Assembly (NCBI GenBank): GCA_965199205.1 | Contig: OZ240688.1 | Location: 68,276-132,275, forward strand | Direction of reading: 5' to 3' | Source: Acidisarcina sp. | Lineage (GTDB): Bacteria > Acidobacteriota > Terriglobia > Terriglobales > Acidobacteriaceae | Length of the DNA: 64,000 nt | Part shown: positions 24,768 through 34,486 of the stretch, in pieces | Layout: each line of letters begins with the position of its first letter | Position numbering within the stretch: position 1 is the stretch's first letter | The notes under the pieces: generated by a model | Databases searched by the model: none | Seen by the model: only the letters and a program-made list of their open reading frames with translations | What the model was told of the DNA's origin: nothing | Translations under genes and position numbers: made by a program

Positions 24768-25028
24768 TTAACCCTTTGTGTCGGCGTCTGAGCCGTGCTG
24801 CTTCACCATCTTGTTGTAAATTCCCAGGATCAGGAACGGGGCGGCCCATTGACCGACAAAAAGGGCTAAATTGTCCTTCTCCTGCGCCTTCAGGATCAAC
24901 GAGGCGGCCATCGATGCGATAGCCGCACCCAGGAAGAAGCTGGACGGCAGCTTGGCGGACTGGCTCTCCAGTAAAGAGGTGATCTGATCTTCGGAAACAT
25001 CTCCTGCTTTCACGCGATAATCTGACAT
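24768..25028 (-). CDS. Small conserved hypothetical membrane-associated protein
   Basis: SD GGAGAG before ATG 25028; hydrophobic core LPSSFFLGAAIASMAASLIL...LFVGQWAAPFLILGIYNK. Confidence 0.7.
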   Translation of the reverse strand: MSDYRVKAGDVSEDQITSLLESQSAKLPSSFFLGAAIASMAASLILKAQEKDNLALFVGQWAAPFLILGIYNKMVKQHGSDADTKG

Positions 25029-25283
25029 TGATCTCTCCATATCGTTCTGTTGCAAAAATCTTGGCTGTTCGGCGCATCAGCATCGAACAACCGCGGATGG
25101 AATCTTTCAACAAAGATGCACGTTAACCGGTTCAGGCAGGGATAGATAGGGATCGATTCGTAAAATCAACGATGTCCTCGTCAATTTTCGTCTGCTGGAG
25201 CGCATGGCCTTACGACCCCGCAAGCCGACGGGCGAGGTGCGGTACCCCCGGCCATGCCGGAAAAACAAGTATCATGGAGGATT

Positions 25284-26099
25284 ATGTTCCTGCTATGGCT
25301 CAGAGTGGCTGCGGTCTGTTACGGCATAGCCGCCCTCTGCGCTCTGCCGGCCATCCTTTACGGGCTTTCAAGATGGGTCCGCGCTTTTCTTCCCGCAGCC
25401 GTGGCCGGATTCCTTTTCCATTTCGTCTCTGTCGCAGAGATGCTGGGAGAGGCCCATCGCTGGGCGCCCGTGGGTGCCCGCGAGATCCAATCGCTTTTTG
25501 CGCTCCTGATTGTGGGTGCGTTCCTGCTGGTCTGGCTTCGCTATCGCGCTGTTTCCTTTGGACTCTTCGCGTTGCCGCTGGCCTTCTTCCTGGTACTGTT
25601 TCCGGCAATCGGCCTGGAAAGGTACACCTTTGCTTCGCCCGTCGTTCGTAACGGATGGATCGTCGTCCACGTCTGCGCCCTGCTTGCCGCCTATGCCGCC
25701 CTCATCTTCAGCCTGCTGGCGAGCTTTCTTTATCTCATCCAGGAACGCCGGCTTAAAGATCGCGCCAGGCCATCTTTTCTTGCCTGGCTGCCTCCTCTGG
25801 AAACGATGAACCTGATCGGCCATCGCGCCCTGGTCGTCGGTTTCCACTGCATGACTCTGGGCCTGCTCATAGGGTGTTTCATTGCGCAGGAAAGTATTGG
25901 CCCGGCCTATTTTCGCGATCCCAAGGTGCTGCTTTCCTTCGGAATGTGGCTGCTCTACATCGCCATGTTGATGGTGCGGCGCAGTACCGGCCTGCGCGGA
26001 CGCCGTGCCGTTTACCTCTCCAGCGCCGTTTTCCTCGTCATGCTGAGCGTTTGGGCGGCAAACGTCTTCAGCTCGGTCCACAGGTTTTCCATCCCATGA
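25284..26099 (+). CDS. CcsA/HemX-family membrane protein
   Basis: Multi-TM; HVCALLAAYAALIF, LPPLETM, RDPKVLLSF, GLRGRRAVYL; SD GGAGG before ATG 25284; overlaps hemA start. Confidence 0.82.
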   Translation: MFLLWLRVAAVCYGIAALCALPAILYGLSRWVRAFLPAAVAGFLFHFVSVAEMLGEAHRWAPVGAREIQSLFALLIVGAFLLVWLRYRAVSFGLFALPLAFFLVLFPAIGLERYTFASPVVRNGWIVVHVCALLAAYAALIFSLLASFLYLIQERRLKDRARPSFLAWLPPLETMNLIGHRALVVGFHCMTLGLLIGCFIAQESIGPAYFRDPKVLLSFGMWLLYIAMLMVRRSTGLRGRRAVYLSSAVFLVMLSVWAANVFSSVHRFSIP

Positions 26100-27514
26100 C
26101 TTTCGATCCCGTGATTTTCGAGCCCGGCGCCAGTCCAAGTTCCCGCGCATCGGGAGAGCTCCTGCTTTTTGGGGTCAACCACAAGACCGCGCCCGTAGAG
26201 CTGCGCGAGCAATTGGCAATCCCGGCCTCTCGCCTCTCCGAAGCGACTCGTGCCCTGCTTGGAACCTCCGGTGTCCGCGAGGCCATGATCCTGTCGACCT
26301 GCAACCGGGTCGAACTCGTGGTGAGCCCTGGCAGCAACGCGCCCGATCTGATGGCTTTCTTCAATGACTTCTTCGCCGTCGATCACTCTCTTCTAAGGCC
26401 CCACATTTACGAATATCGGCAACGCGAAGCCGTCCGGCATCTCTTCCGGGTGGCCTCAAGCCTCGACTCAATGGTCGTCGGCGAACCGCAGATTCTCGGC
26501 CAGGTGAAGGAAGCTTACGCGGTCGCCAAGTCCCTTGGCGCAGTACAAAGTGGCCTCGATAAGCTGCTGCAAAGTGCCTTCAACGTCGCGAAAAAAATCA
26601 GAAACGAGACCGAAATCGGCAGTTCATCGGTGTCGATCGCCTCGATTGCGGTCGACCTGGCGGAGAAAATTTTCGGATCTCTCGACAATAAGAAGGTCTT
26701 CCTGGTCGGTGCCGGCAAGATGAGCGAGCTCGCCGCCCGGCACCTCGTGCAGCGCGGAGCCAGCTCGATTTACGTCGCCAACCGCACCCAGCAGAGCGCT
26801 GTTCGGCTGGCCGCCCAATTCGGTGGCCAGGTGATCCGCTTCGACGACCTTTACGCCACTGCGGACCGCGCGGATATCATCATTACCTCCACTGGCTCAC
26901 CCCAGCCCATCTTTCGTTCCGAACACGGCGCGCAATTCATTCACCGCCGCCGCAATCGGCCCATGTTCTTCATCGATATCGCCGTACCGCGGGACGTCGA
27001 CCCCGAAATGAATCGCGTCGAGGGCATCTTCCTCTACGACATCGACGATCTGCAGTCCGTCGCCTCCGCAAACCAGACCGATCGCGCCAAAGAGGCCGAG
27101 CAGGCCGAGGCCATCATCGAAGCCGAAGTAGAGCTTTACGGGAGACGCCTCAACATTCTCGATGCGGTCCCCGCCATCCGCAGCCTGCAGCAGTCGGCGG
27201 AGACCATGAGGCAGGCGGAGTTGCGCAAACTGGCCGGCCGCCAGACGGCCTTCACCGATGCCCAGTGGACCGCCGTCGAAGCCCTCACCCGCGGCATGAT
27301 GAACAAGTTTCTTCATCCCGCGTTGCAGGCCATCAAGGCTGCCGCCGCCGAGGGCGATTCCGCCCGGCTGGAGACTCTGCAAGCCGCCTTTGACCCGCAA
27401 AGAGCGGCTCTTTACTCGAATGCGCACCAGCTTTCCAGCAGCCCGGTGCAGGAAGACGCCGCCTCGCACGATCCCGCTTCAGAATCTGGCTTTAGTCCGG
27501 AGAAACTCCCTTGA
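26096..27514 (+). CDS. hemA: Glutamyl-tRNA reductase
   Basis: GVNHKTAPVELRE, STCNRVE, SMVVGEPQILGQVK, GAGKMS, DIAVPRDVD. Confidence 0.95.
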   Translation: MTFDPVIFEPGASPSSRASGELLLFGVNHKTAPVELREQLAIPASRLSEATRALLGTSGVREAMILSTCNRVELVVSPGSNAPDLMAFFNDFFAVDHSLLRPHIYEYRQREAVRHLFRVASSLDSMVVGEPQILGQVKEAYAVAKSLGAVQSGLDKLLQSAFNVAKKIRNETEIGSSSVSIASIAVDLAEKIFGSLDNKKVFLVGAGKMSELAARHLVQRGASSIYVANRTQQSAVRLAAQFGGQVIRFDDLYATADRADIIITSTGSPQPIFRSEHGAQFIHRRRNRPMFFIDIAVPRDVDPEMNRVEGIFLYDIDDLQSVASANQTDRAKEAEQAEAIIEAEVELYGRRLNILDAVPAIRSLQQSAETMRQAELRKLAGRQTAFTDAQWTAVEALTRGMMNKFLHPALQAIKAAAAEGDSARLETLQAAFDPQRAALYSNAHQLSSSPVQEDAASHDPASESGFSPEKLP

Positions 27515-28461
27515 TCCGGATTGGTTCCCGAGGCTCCCAGCTCGCGCGCTGGCAATCCGATCACATCGCCGGCGCGCTGCGCGCCAACGGCCACCCGGTC
27601 GAGATCGAGATCATCCGCACCACCGGCGACCGCCTGCAGAACATCGCCTTTGCCCAGGTCGGCGCCAAAGGCATGTTCACCAAGGAGATCGAAGAGGCGC
27701 TCCTTGAGAACCGCATCGACCTGGCCGTACACAGCCTCAAAGACCTGCCGACGGAGCTGGCTCCCGAATTCTCGATTGCCGCGCTCCCCGCTCGGGCCGA
27801 TCCCCGCGACGCCTTCGTCTCGGTGAACTACGGTTCTTTCTTCGATCTGCCCTCCGGAGCCAAGGTCGGCAGCAGCAGCCCCCGCCGCCAGACCCAGTTG
27901 CGCGCCCTGCGCCATGATCTCGAATACATCGAGTTCCGCGGCAACGTCGACACCCGCCTGCGCAAGCTTGCCGAGGGCCAGGCCGATGCCATCATTCTCG
28001 CCGCCAGCGGCCTTGACCGCCTCGGCCGCACCGAGCATATCCGCCAGCGTTTCGATACGGAACACCTCTGCCCTGCCGCGGGCCAAGGCGCGCTCGCCAT
28101 CGAGTGCCGGTCCGGCGATCGCCAGACCCACGAGCTGCTCGCTTTTCTCGACGACCCCGATACCCGTTTCGCCGTCACCGCCGAGCGCGCCGCCCTTAAT
28201 GCGCTCGGCGGAGGATGCCAGGTGCCAATCGGCATGTACTGCCGCCGCGCAGGCGGCGTATTCCGTATGAACGGCGTCGTCGCCAGCCAGGACAACGATA
28301 GTCATGTGAGCGCCGGCATGCCCGGCTCCGACCCTTACGAACTCGCCCACGCTCTCGCCGCACTGCTGCTCAAGAACGGGGCTGACGCCATTCTCTTCGC
28401 CGGCCATCACGACGCCGACAACTCCAACCGCGGCCATCGCGACCCCGGAACCCACAACTGA
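27511..28461 (+). CDS. hemC: Hydroxymethylbilane synthase
   Basis: IRIGSRGSQLARWQ, KGMFTKEIE, AVHSLKDLP, RGNVDTRL, GGCQVPIG. Confidence 0.96.
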   Translation: MIRIGSRGSQLARWQSDHIAGALRANGHPVEIEIIRTTGDRLQNIAFAQVGAKGMFTKEIEEALLENRIDLAVHSLKDLPTELAPEFSIAALPARADPRDAFVSVNYGSFFDLPSGAKVGSSSPRRQTQLRALRHDLEYIEFRGNVDTRLRKLAEGQADAIILAASGLDRLGRTEHIRQRFDTEHLCPAAGQGALAIECRSGDRQTHELLAFLDDPDTRFAVTAERAALNALGGGCQVPIGMYCRRAGGVFRMNGVVASQDNDSHVSAGMPGSDPYELAHALAALLLKNGADAILFAGHHDADNSNRGHRDPGTHN

Positions 28462-29270
28462 TGACCACGTCGGGCTCCGGCCGGCCCCTCGAAGGCAAGC
28501 GGGTCGTCGTCACCCGCGCCCGGTCCCAGGCCAGTTCGTTAGTCATCGCCCTGACCGCGCTCGGCGCCGAGGTCATCGAACTCCCGACCATTGAAACCGT
28601 ACCGCTCGACTCCTATGACCATCTGGACAACGCTCTGCGAGCGATCGAGAGCTACCGCTGGCTCATCGTCACCAGCGCCAACACCGTTCGCGTACTCGCC
28701 GAGCGCATGACCACTCTCGGCATCGAGCCTTCGGCACTCGCGCCCCTGCGCAAGGCGGCCATCGGCTCCGCGACAGCGAAGGCCATGCAAGAGCAGGGAA
28801 TCAATGTCGACGTAGTCCCCGAACAGTACGTAGCCGAGTCTCTTCTCAAGGTGCTCGGCAATCAGATCGGCGGAAGCCGGATCCTGCTGGCCAGGGCTGC
28901 CATCGCTCGCGACATCATCCCCGAAGCACTCTCGCGCCGCGGCGCAATCGTCGACGTGATCGACGCCTATAGCACGGTCATTCCCGAAGGCGCTGTCGAT
29001 CGCGTGCGGAAGGTATTTTCAGACCCTTCACGCCTGCCGGATGCCGTGACATTTACCAGCTCGTCCACGGTCAAACATTTCTTTCAACTTTTCGGAGAAG
29101 CTCGCCTCAACGGAATTCCGGAAGCGATTGCGGCGTTGTCGATCGGGCCGATTACCAGCCAGACCCTCCGCGAGCACGGCTGGGAACCCGCGGCCGAGGC
29201 GAAAACCCATGATGTCCGAGGACTGGCCATCGCAGCAAGTCTGAAGTTTGGTCAAGGTTGTGGAGTGTAG
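28461..29270 (+). CDS. hemD: Uroporphyrinogen-III synthase
   Basis: VVVTRARSQ, WLIVTSAN, AAIGSATA, FTSSSTV, SIGPITS; follows hemC. Confidence 0.92.
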   Translation: MTTSGSGRPLEGKRVVVTRARSQASSLVIALTALGAEVIELPTIETVPLDSYDHLDNALRAIESYRWLIVTSANTVRVLAERMTTLGIEPSALAPLRKAAIGSATAKAMQEQGINVDVVPEQYVAESLLKVLGNQIGGSRILLARAAIARDIIPEALSRRGAIVDVIDAYSTVIPEGAVDRVRKVFSDPSRLPDAVTFTSSSTVKHFFQLFGEARLNGIPEAIAALSIGPITSQTLREHGWEPAAEAKTHDVRGLAIAASLKFGQGCGV

Positions 29271-29289
29271 TGTGGAGTACACTCGCCAA

Positions 29290-29487
29290 ACCACCTCGAC
29301 CATTCGTGGTGTTCCGTCCGAGGTCCTCTTGAACGAGGACGATGGAATCAAAGCGCTCTGCGCGGTTAACCTGCAAAATGCAATCACCGTTTCTCAGGAT
29401 CGGCTCGGAAAGCGGCTGGCGCAGCTAACATCGCACCGCATGCATGAGATTTGCTCCGCTTTGCGCTTCGTGCTGGGGTGTGACTGA
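29290..29487 (+). pseudogene. N-terminally truncated MazF/PemK-family toxin fragment
   Basis: TTSTIRGVPSEVLLNEDDGIKALCAVNLQNAITVSQDRLGKRLAQLTSHRMHEICSALRFVLGCD resembles the C-terminal half of PemK/MazF toxins; no N-terminal RGEIW...KRRP segment and no antitoxin gene upstream. Confidence 0.7.
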
Positions 29488-29603
29488 AGCCGGACGCCGT
29501 GAAGAAAACGACACGCCTTTCAGATTCACGATGAAGTTAAGCCACGCAGTATTTCATCAGGCCTTGATCTACCCGCCTCCACCCTTAACGAGAGACCGTG
29601 TCG

Positions 29604-30410
29604 TCAATGCGTACTCCACGTCTTATCCGAAGAGTTACAAACCTTCTCCAGCGTGCAATCGGCGCAGCGTGGCTTTCTAGCGATGCATACCTGCCTGCCG
29701 TGATGGATCAGCTCGTGGGAAAACGCGATCCAATGGTCTTGCGGGATGATCTTCATCAGGTCCTGTTCGACTTTTTCTGGCGTCGTTTCGGTCGTCAGCT
29801 CCAGCCGTCGCGAGAGCCGCAGCACGTGGGTGTCGACCACGACCCCGACCGCAACACCATAAGCAACCCCCAACACGACGTTGGCTGTCTTGCGTGCCGC
29901 TCCGGGAACGGTCAGCAGCTCTTCCATTTTGCGCGGCACCTTGCCGTGAAAGTCGCTGAGGATCTTGTTGGCGGCGCCCTGGATCGACTTCGCCTTGTTG
30001 TTGTAGAAGCCGGTGGTGCGAATAATCTCCTTGATCTCGTCAATTGGCGCCGCTGCGAGATCGGCGACGGTTGGGTACGTCTTGAAGAGCACCGGCGTTA
30101 CCAGGTTCACGCGAGCGTCGGTGCATTGCGCCGAGAGAATGGTCGCCACCAGCAGTTGCCATGCATCCCTATGAATCAGGGCGCATTCCGCGCCCGGGTA
30201 AGCGGCTGCCAGCAGGTCGAGGATTGCCCTGGTTCGCTCCGGCGCGAGCGCTCGCTTGCGGGCGGCGGCCAGCTGTTTTTTCGCCGGCTTCTTCGATGAG
30301 GCCAGGTCTTTGCCGGCATTCCTCTCCGGCACAACGACGGATTGTTTCTTTGCCGCGAGCCGGATCTGCTTCGGCCTGGCGGCACTCTGGACTACGGTTC
30401 GACTGGGCAT
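29604..30410 (-). CDS. nth: Endonuclease III
   Basis: QLLVATILSAQCTDARVN, HhH motif LLTVPGAARKTANVV, VDTHVLR, [4Fe-4S] motif CIARKPRCADCTLEKVC; K/A-rich N-terminal extension, start uncertain. Confidence 0.94.
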   Translation of the reverse strand: MPSRTVVQSAARPKQIRLAAKKQSVVVPERNAGKDLASSKKPAKKQLAAARKRALAPERTRAILDLLAAAYPGAECALIHRDAWQLLVATILSAQCTDARVNLVTPVLFKTYPTVADLAAAPIDEIKEIIRTTGFYNNKAKSIQGAANKILSDFHGKVPRKMEELLTVPGAARKTANVVLGVAYGVAVGVVVDTHVLRLSRRLELTTETTPEKVEQDLMKIIPQDHWIAFSHELIHHGRQVCIARKPRCADCTLEKVCNSSDKTWSTH

Positions 30411-30521
30411 GGCGAGCGAAACTTCTCCGTCGCCATCGTAACAAAGCGCGGCCTCCGCGCTCCCGAAGAGCGGCATGCGGCTGCCGGGGAATTCATCTGG
30501 TGAAGGTATACTTCAACCTGC

Positions 30522-31163
30522 ATGACTGAAAAAATCCTCGCCGTTGTCGTCGGCTTCATTGTTGCCGTCATCTCCGCCACCGGTTATGTCGGGATCGCGC
30601 TGCTGATGGCGATCGAGTCGGCCTGCATCCCGCTGCCTTCTGAAGCCATCATGCCTTTCGCGGGCTACCTGGTCTCGACTGGCCGCTTCCAATTGATCTG
30701 GGTTGCGACGGCCGGCGCGATCGGCTGCAACCTCGGTTCGATCGTGGCCTATTGGATCGGCGCCTGGGCAGGCCGGCCCTTTGTGGAGCGCTTTGGCAGG
30801 TATGTGCTGGTCGATGTCCGCGACCTCGACCGCGCAACGCAGTTTTTTGAGAAGTATGGATCGATCACCGTATTGATCGGCCGGTTGTTGCCGGTAGTTC
30901 GCACCTTTATTGCGCTGCCGGCCGGCATCGCGCGCATGTCGCAGGTACGGTTTCATCTCTACACCTTTATCGGCTCGTGGCCGTGGTGTTTCGTGCTCGC
31001 CTACGTGGGCATGAGGCTGGGCCAGCAATGGGACACAAACCCGGCGTTCAAAGAGGTCTTTCACCGCTTTCACCTGGCCGTCGAGGTGGTGTTGCTGATC
31101 GGCATCGTCTGGTTTCTCTGGACCCACATCCGGTCGAGAAGCCGCCGCGCCGCCGCAGCCTGA
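30522..31163 (+). CDS. DedA family membrane protein
   Basis: LMAIESACIPLPSE, GRLLPVVRTFIALPAG. Confidence 0.92.
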   Translation: MTEKILAVVVGFIVAVISATGYVGIALLMAIESACIPLPSEAIMPFAGYLVSTGRFQLIWVATAGAIGCNLGSIVAYWIGAWAGRPFVERFGRYVLVDVRDLDRATQFFEKYGSITVLIGRLLPVVRTFIALPAGIARMSQVRFHLYTFIGSWPWCFVLAYVGMRLGQQWDTNPAFKEVFHRFHLAVEVVLLIGIVWFLWTHIRSRSRRAAAA

Positions 31164-31320
31164 GCGTGGCCGAAAACCTGGCAAAGGGCAGTTCCTACCC
31201 GCTCAAGTACCATTCCCCGCGATTCGGCAGGCAGTGTTTGCGCTGGGCCGCTTCCAAGGGGCACACTAGGATGTTTTGATTTTGCAAATTCAGTGGTAGG
31301 GAGAGGACGGAAAGACAGCA

Positions 31321-32667
31321 ATGCCAATAACAGAAGAGAGCGGCCACCCGGCGGCTTTCGCATCGCAGATTCAGCCCGCCAAGGGCAAGCTTGGAGTCAT
31401 GGTCGTCGGCCTCGGCGCCGTCGCCACGACGTTGATCGCCGGCGTTGAAGCCGTTCGCAAGGGACTCGCCAAGCCGATCGGCTCCTTGACCCAGATGGGC
31501 ACCATTCGCCTCGGCAAGCGTACGGAGGGCCACGCTCCTCTGATCAAGAACTTCGTTCCGCTGGCCGACTTGAACGACATCGTCTTCACTGGCTGGGACA
31601 TCTTCAATGACAACGTCTACGAAGCAGCCGCCCATGCCAAGGTGCTCGAGAAGGACCAGTTGGAGGCCATCCGCCCTTACCTGGAAGCGATTGAGCCGCT
31701 CCCGGCCGTCTTCGACCAGTACTACGTGAAGCGCCTCAACGGAACTAACATCAAGACCGGCAGGAACAAGATGGACCTGGCCAACCAGCTGCGCGCCGAC
31801 ATCCAGGCGTTTAAGCAGACGGTCAGTCGCGTCGTGATCATCTGGTGCGGGTCGACCGAGATCTTCCTCGAGCCCTCTGATGTGCATGACACGGTTGCTG
31901 CCTTTGAGCAGGGCCTCGAAGAGAGCCACATCAACATTGCGCCTTCCATGATCTATGCCTATGCGGCGATGAAAGAAGGTGTTCCGTTTGCCAATGGCGC
32001 GCCCAACCTGACGGTCGATCTCCCGTTCCTGCAGGAGCTGTCAAAAGAGAACTTCGCGCCGATCTGCGGCAAAGACTTCAAAACCGGCCAGACGTTTATT
32101 AAGACGGTGCTGGCGCCGGCCTTCAAGGCGCGGATGCTAGGCATTGCCGGCTGGTACTCGACCAACATCCTGGGCAATCGCGACGGCGAGGTGCTCGACG
32201 ATCCTGAGTCCTTCAAGACCAAGGAAGAATCGAAGCTCGGAGCTCTGGACTTTATTCTGCAGCCCGATCTCTACCCCGATCTCTACAAGGATCTTTATCA
32301 CAAGGTGAGGATTAACTATTACCCGCCTCGCGGTGACAACAAAGAGGGTTGGGACAATATCGATATCTTCGGCTGGTTGGGCTACCCGATGCAGGTTAAA
32401 GTCGATTTTCTGTGCCGCGACTCCATCCTGGCAGCTCCGCTGGCCCTCGATCTGGTACTGTTTCTCGATCTGGCCAAGCGCACCACCGGGCTTTGCGGCA
32501 TTGGAATCCAGGAGTGGCTGAGCTTCTACTTCAAAGCCCCTATGACGGCCGAGGGTCTGTATCCCGAACACGATCTGTTCATCCAGTCGATGAAGCTGAA
32601 GAACACGCTTCGGCACATCATGGGTGAGGAGTTGATCACCCATCTCGGCTTGGAATATTACGACTGA
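31321..32667 (+). CDS. ino1: myo-inositol-1-phosphate synthase
   Basis: GLGAVATT, CGKDFKTGQT, WYSTNILGNRDG, KINYYPPRGDNK-like VRINYYPPRGDNKEGWD, CRDSILAAPL. Confidence 0.93.
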   Translation: MPITEESGHPAAFASQIQPAKGKLGVMVVGLGAVATTLIAGVEAVRKGLAKPIGSLTQMGTIRLGKRTEGHAPLIKNFVPLADLNDIVFTGWDIFNDNVYEAAAHAKVLEKDQLEAIRPYLEAIEPLPAVFDQYYVKRLNGTNIKTGRNKMDLANQLRADIQAFKQTVSRVVIIWCGSTEIFLEPSDVHDTVAAFEQGLEESHINIAPSMIYAYAAMKEGVPFANGAPNLTVDLPFLQELSKENFAPICGKDFKTGQTFIKTVLAPAFKARMLGIAGWYSTNILGNRDGEVLDDPESFKTKEESKLGALDFILQPDLYPDLYKDLYHKVRINYYPPRGDNKEGWDNIDIFGWLGYPMQVKVDFLCRDSILAAPLALDLVLFLDLAKRTTGLCGIGIQEWLSFYFKAPMTAEGLYPEHDLFIQSMKLKNTLRHIMGEELITHLGLEYYD

Positions 32668-32674
32668 GTCCGGA

Positions 32675-33122
32675 GGGGGGGTACCCTCCCCCCCAGACTT
32701 TTAGACGGGAACCGTGTTGAGCATCCGCGCCGGTCCGATGACATTCGCTGCATGCTTCCCAGTCCGGGGGAATCTTTGAAGCAGCACGTAGAGACCAAGA
32801 CTGTCTCAGCAAAGGGCTTCACTCCAAAAGCTGTCAACCCCTATATTCGCAAAAAACAGCCCTAAGTCGTTCAATTTTAAAAGGAAAAGAAATAAAAAAA
32901 GTTGGCATAGTGAACGTACTCAACTTGGTAAAATCGAGATAGAGACAATCCAAGACGGTCCAACGCCTCACGTGTGCCAGCTCCTGTTATCAGCTAAGTC
33001 CTTTCGTTGGAAATGTCTGCAAACAAGTCTTTTGTTATCAGGAGCTTAGCGAGCTGTCCTTGAGCTAACCCTAATCCTTACCGGAACTTACCCGCCGGAG
33101 ATAGGGGGAGGGGGTGGCCCCC
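32675..33122. repeat. MITE-like ~450-bp non-coding element with imperfect terminal inverted repeats and internal CTAAGTC/TGTTATCAG repeats
   Basis: Left end GGGGGGGTACCCTCCCCCCC; right end reverse-complement GGGGGCCACCCCCTCCCCC; CTAAGTC at 32862 and 32994; TGTTATCAG at 32985 and 33033; AT-rich interior. Confidence 0.45.
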
Positions 33123-33165
33123 ATCCCGGAACTGCCATGCGGCGAGAATGTCGTCACAGAACAGA

Positions 33166-33207
33166 TGTCATCCTGAGGGAGCGCAGCGATCGAAGGATTT
33201 GCGGTTC
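33166..33207 (+). repeat. REP-like palindromic repeat copy
   Basis: TGTCATCCTGAGGGAGCGCAGCGATCGAAGGATTTGCGGTTC; shares both ends with the 10308 copy. Confidence 0.7.
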
Positions 33208-33264
33208 GTCCAAAGCCGCGCCGCAGGCGCGCAACCAAATTCATCTTTACAACCAAAACGTCCC

Positions 33265-34329
33265 CTAAGAGGCGGTCTCTCGTCCCAGATCGACGGGCAG
33301 GGTGCGTTGTTCGGCGCTGCTTTGCCGGGCGATCTCGGTGATACGCGCGGTGCGCCAGGCGTCGATTCCGGGAACGGCCACGGGTTGGACGCCGTTGATG
33401 GCATCGCGAACGTTGGCGTAGTAGCCTCGATAGTCGCCGGGCGCGGTAGGGATGCGGCTTTCAACGCCGTCGGCAAGCTTGAGAGTGCCCCACAGGGATT
33501 CAGGCTCTTCGCCCCAGCCGGGAGAGCCGATAGGGACGCCGGTCTTAATGGCGTCTTCTTGTGGATCGATGCCGAACTTGACGAAGCTGCCCCCGGTGCC
33601 GTGCAGCGTAAAGCGGGGGCCGGCAATGGCAGCGGTCATGGTGGAGCGCAGCAGGACGGTGAGCCGCGGGTAGCCGAGGCGGATGTCGAAGGCGTCGTCG
33701 GTAACGCCATGATCGCGATCGATGCGAATGTCGGCGGTAACGGTCTCAGGAACTCCAAAAAGAGCTAACGCCTGGTCGAGGATGTGAGTGCCGAGGTCGT
33801 AGAGCATCCCTCCGCCGGGATTCAGGCCTCCCTCCTTCCAGGTTTGCAGGCGAGGCTCCTGGCGGAAGCGGTCGTAGTGGGACTCGAAAACGACCAGGCG
33901 GCCGAGCACGCCGCGGCTCAGAAGGTCGCGGACGGTGCGGAAGTCCCCGTCCCAGCGGCGGTTCTGAAACGCCGAGAGCACGAGCTGCCGCTCGCGCGCG
34001 ATGCCGATCAGCTCAGCTGCCTCGGCAGAGGTCAGACAAAAGGGTTTATCGATGACCACATGCTTGCCGGCGAGGAGCGACTGACGGCCGAGTTCAAAAT
34101 GGGTGTGGTTGGAGGTGGTTACCGACACCAGGCCGATGGTGGCGTCTGCGAGCAGTTCGTCGACCGAGCGATAGATGGTGGCGTGGGGATAAGCTTGTGC
34201 GGCTTCGTCGCCTTTCCGCTGGACGATCGCGGCCAGCGCGAGGCCGGGTACGGCGCTGATGAAGGCGGTGTGGAAGACGCGGCCGCCAAGTCCAAAGCCG
34301 ATCACTCCGGCGCGAATGGGTTCCGTCAT
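33265..34329 (-). CDS. Gfo/Idh/MocA family oxidoreductase (YdgJ/IolW-like)
   Basis: GVIGFGLGG, HVVIDKPF, FQNRRWDGDF, GGMLYDLGTH, SFVKFGIDPQE. Confidence 0.9.
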   Translation of the reverse strand: MTEPIRAGVIGFGLGGRVFHTAFISAVPGLALAAIVQRKGDEAAQAYPHATIYRSVDELLADATIGLVSVTTSNHTHFELGRQSLLAGKHVVIDKPFCLTSAEAAELIGIARERQLVLSAFQNRRWDGDFRTVRDLLSRGVLGRLVVFESHYDRFRQEPRLQTWKEGGLNPGGGMLYDLGTHILDQALALFGVPETVTADIRIDRDHGVTDDAFDIRLGYPRLTVLLRSTMTAAIAGPRFTLHGTGGSFVKFGIDPQEDAIKTGVPIGSPGWGEEPESLWGTLKLADGVESRIPTAPGDYRGYYANVRDAINGVQPVAVPGIDAWRTARITEIARQSSAEQRTLPVDLGRETAS

Positions 34330-34486
34330 TCTTTGAAGGTAAAGGAGAAAACTGCAAATAGGGAAATCCCATGAAGAGATGACACCATCCGGTCGCGTAA
34401 CGACTCTAAGCAGGTAACCATCTGTGATAGGTTCTAGTGACGATGGTCCTGTCTTTCACTAGTGAGTCGCACAAAGCAAGCGGTAG

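Noticed and set aside
30410-30476. Extended upstream starts for nth, lpxB, hemA and the SBP in the ORF track
   Set aside because: The extensions overlap neighbouring genes or lack homology; downstream starts fit operon packing better.
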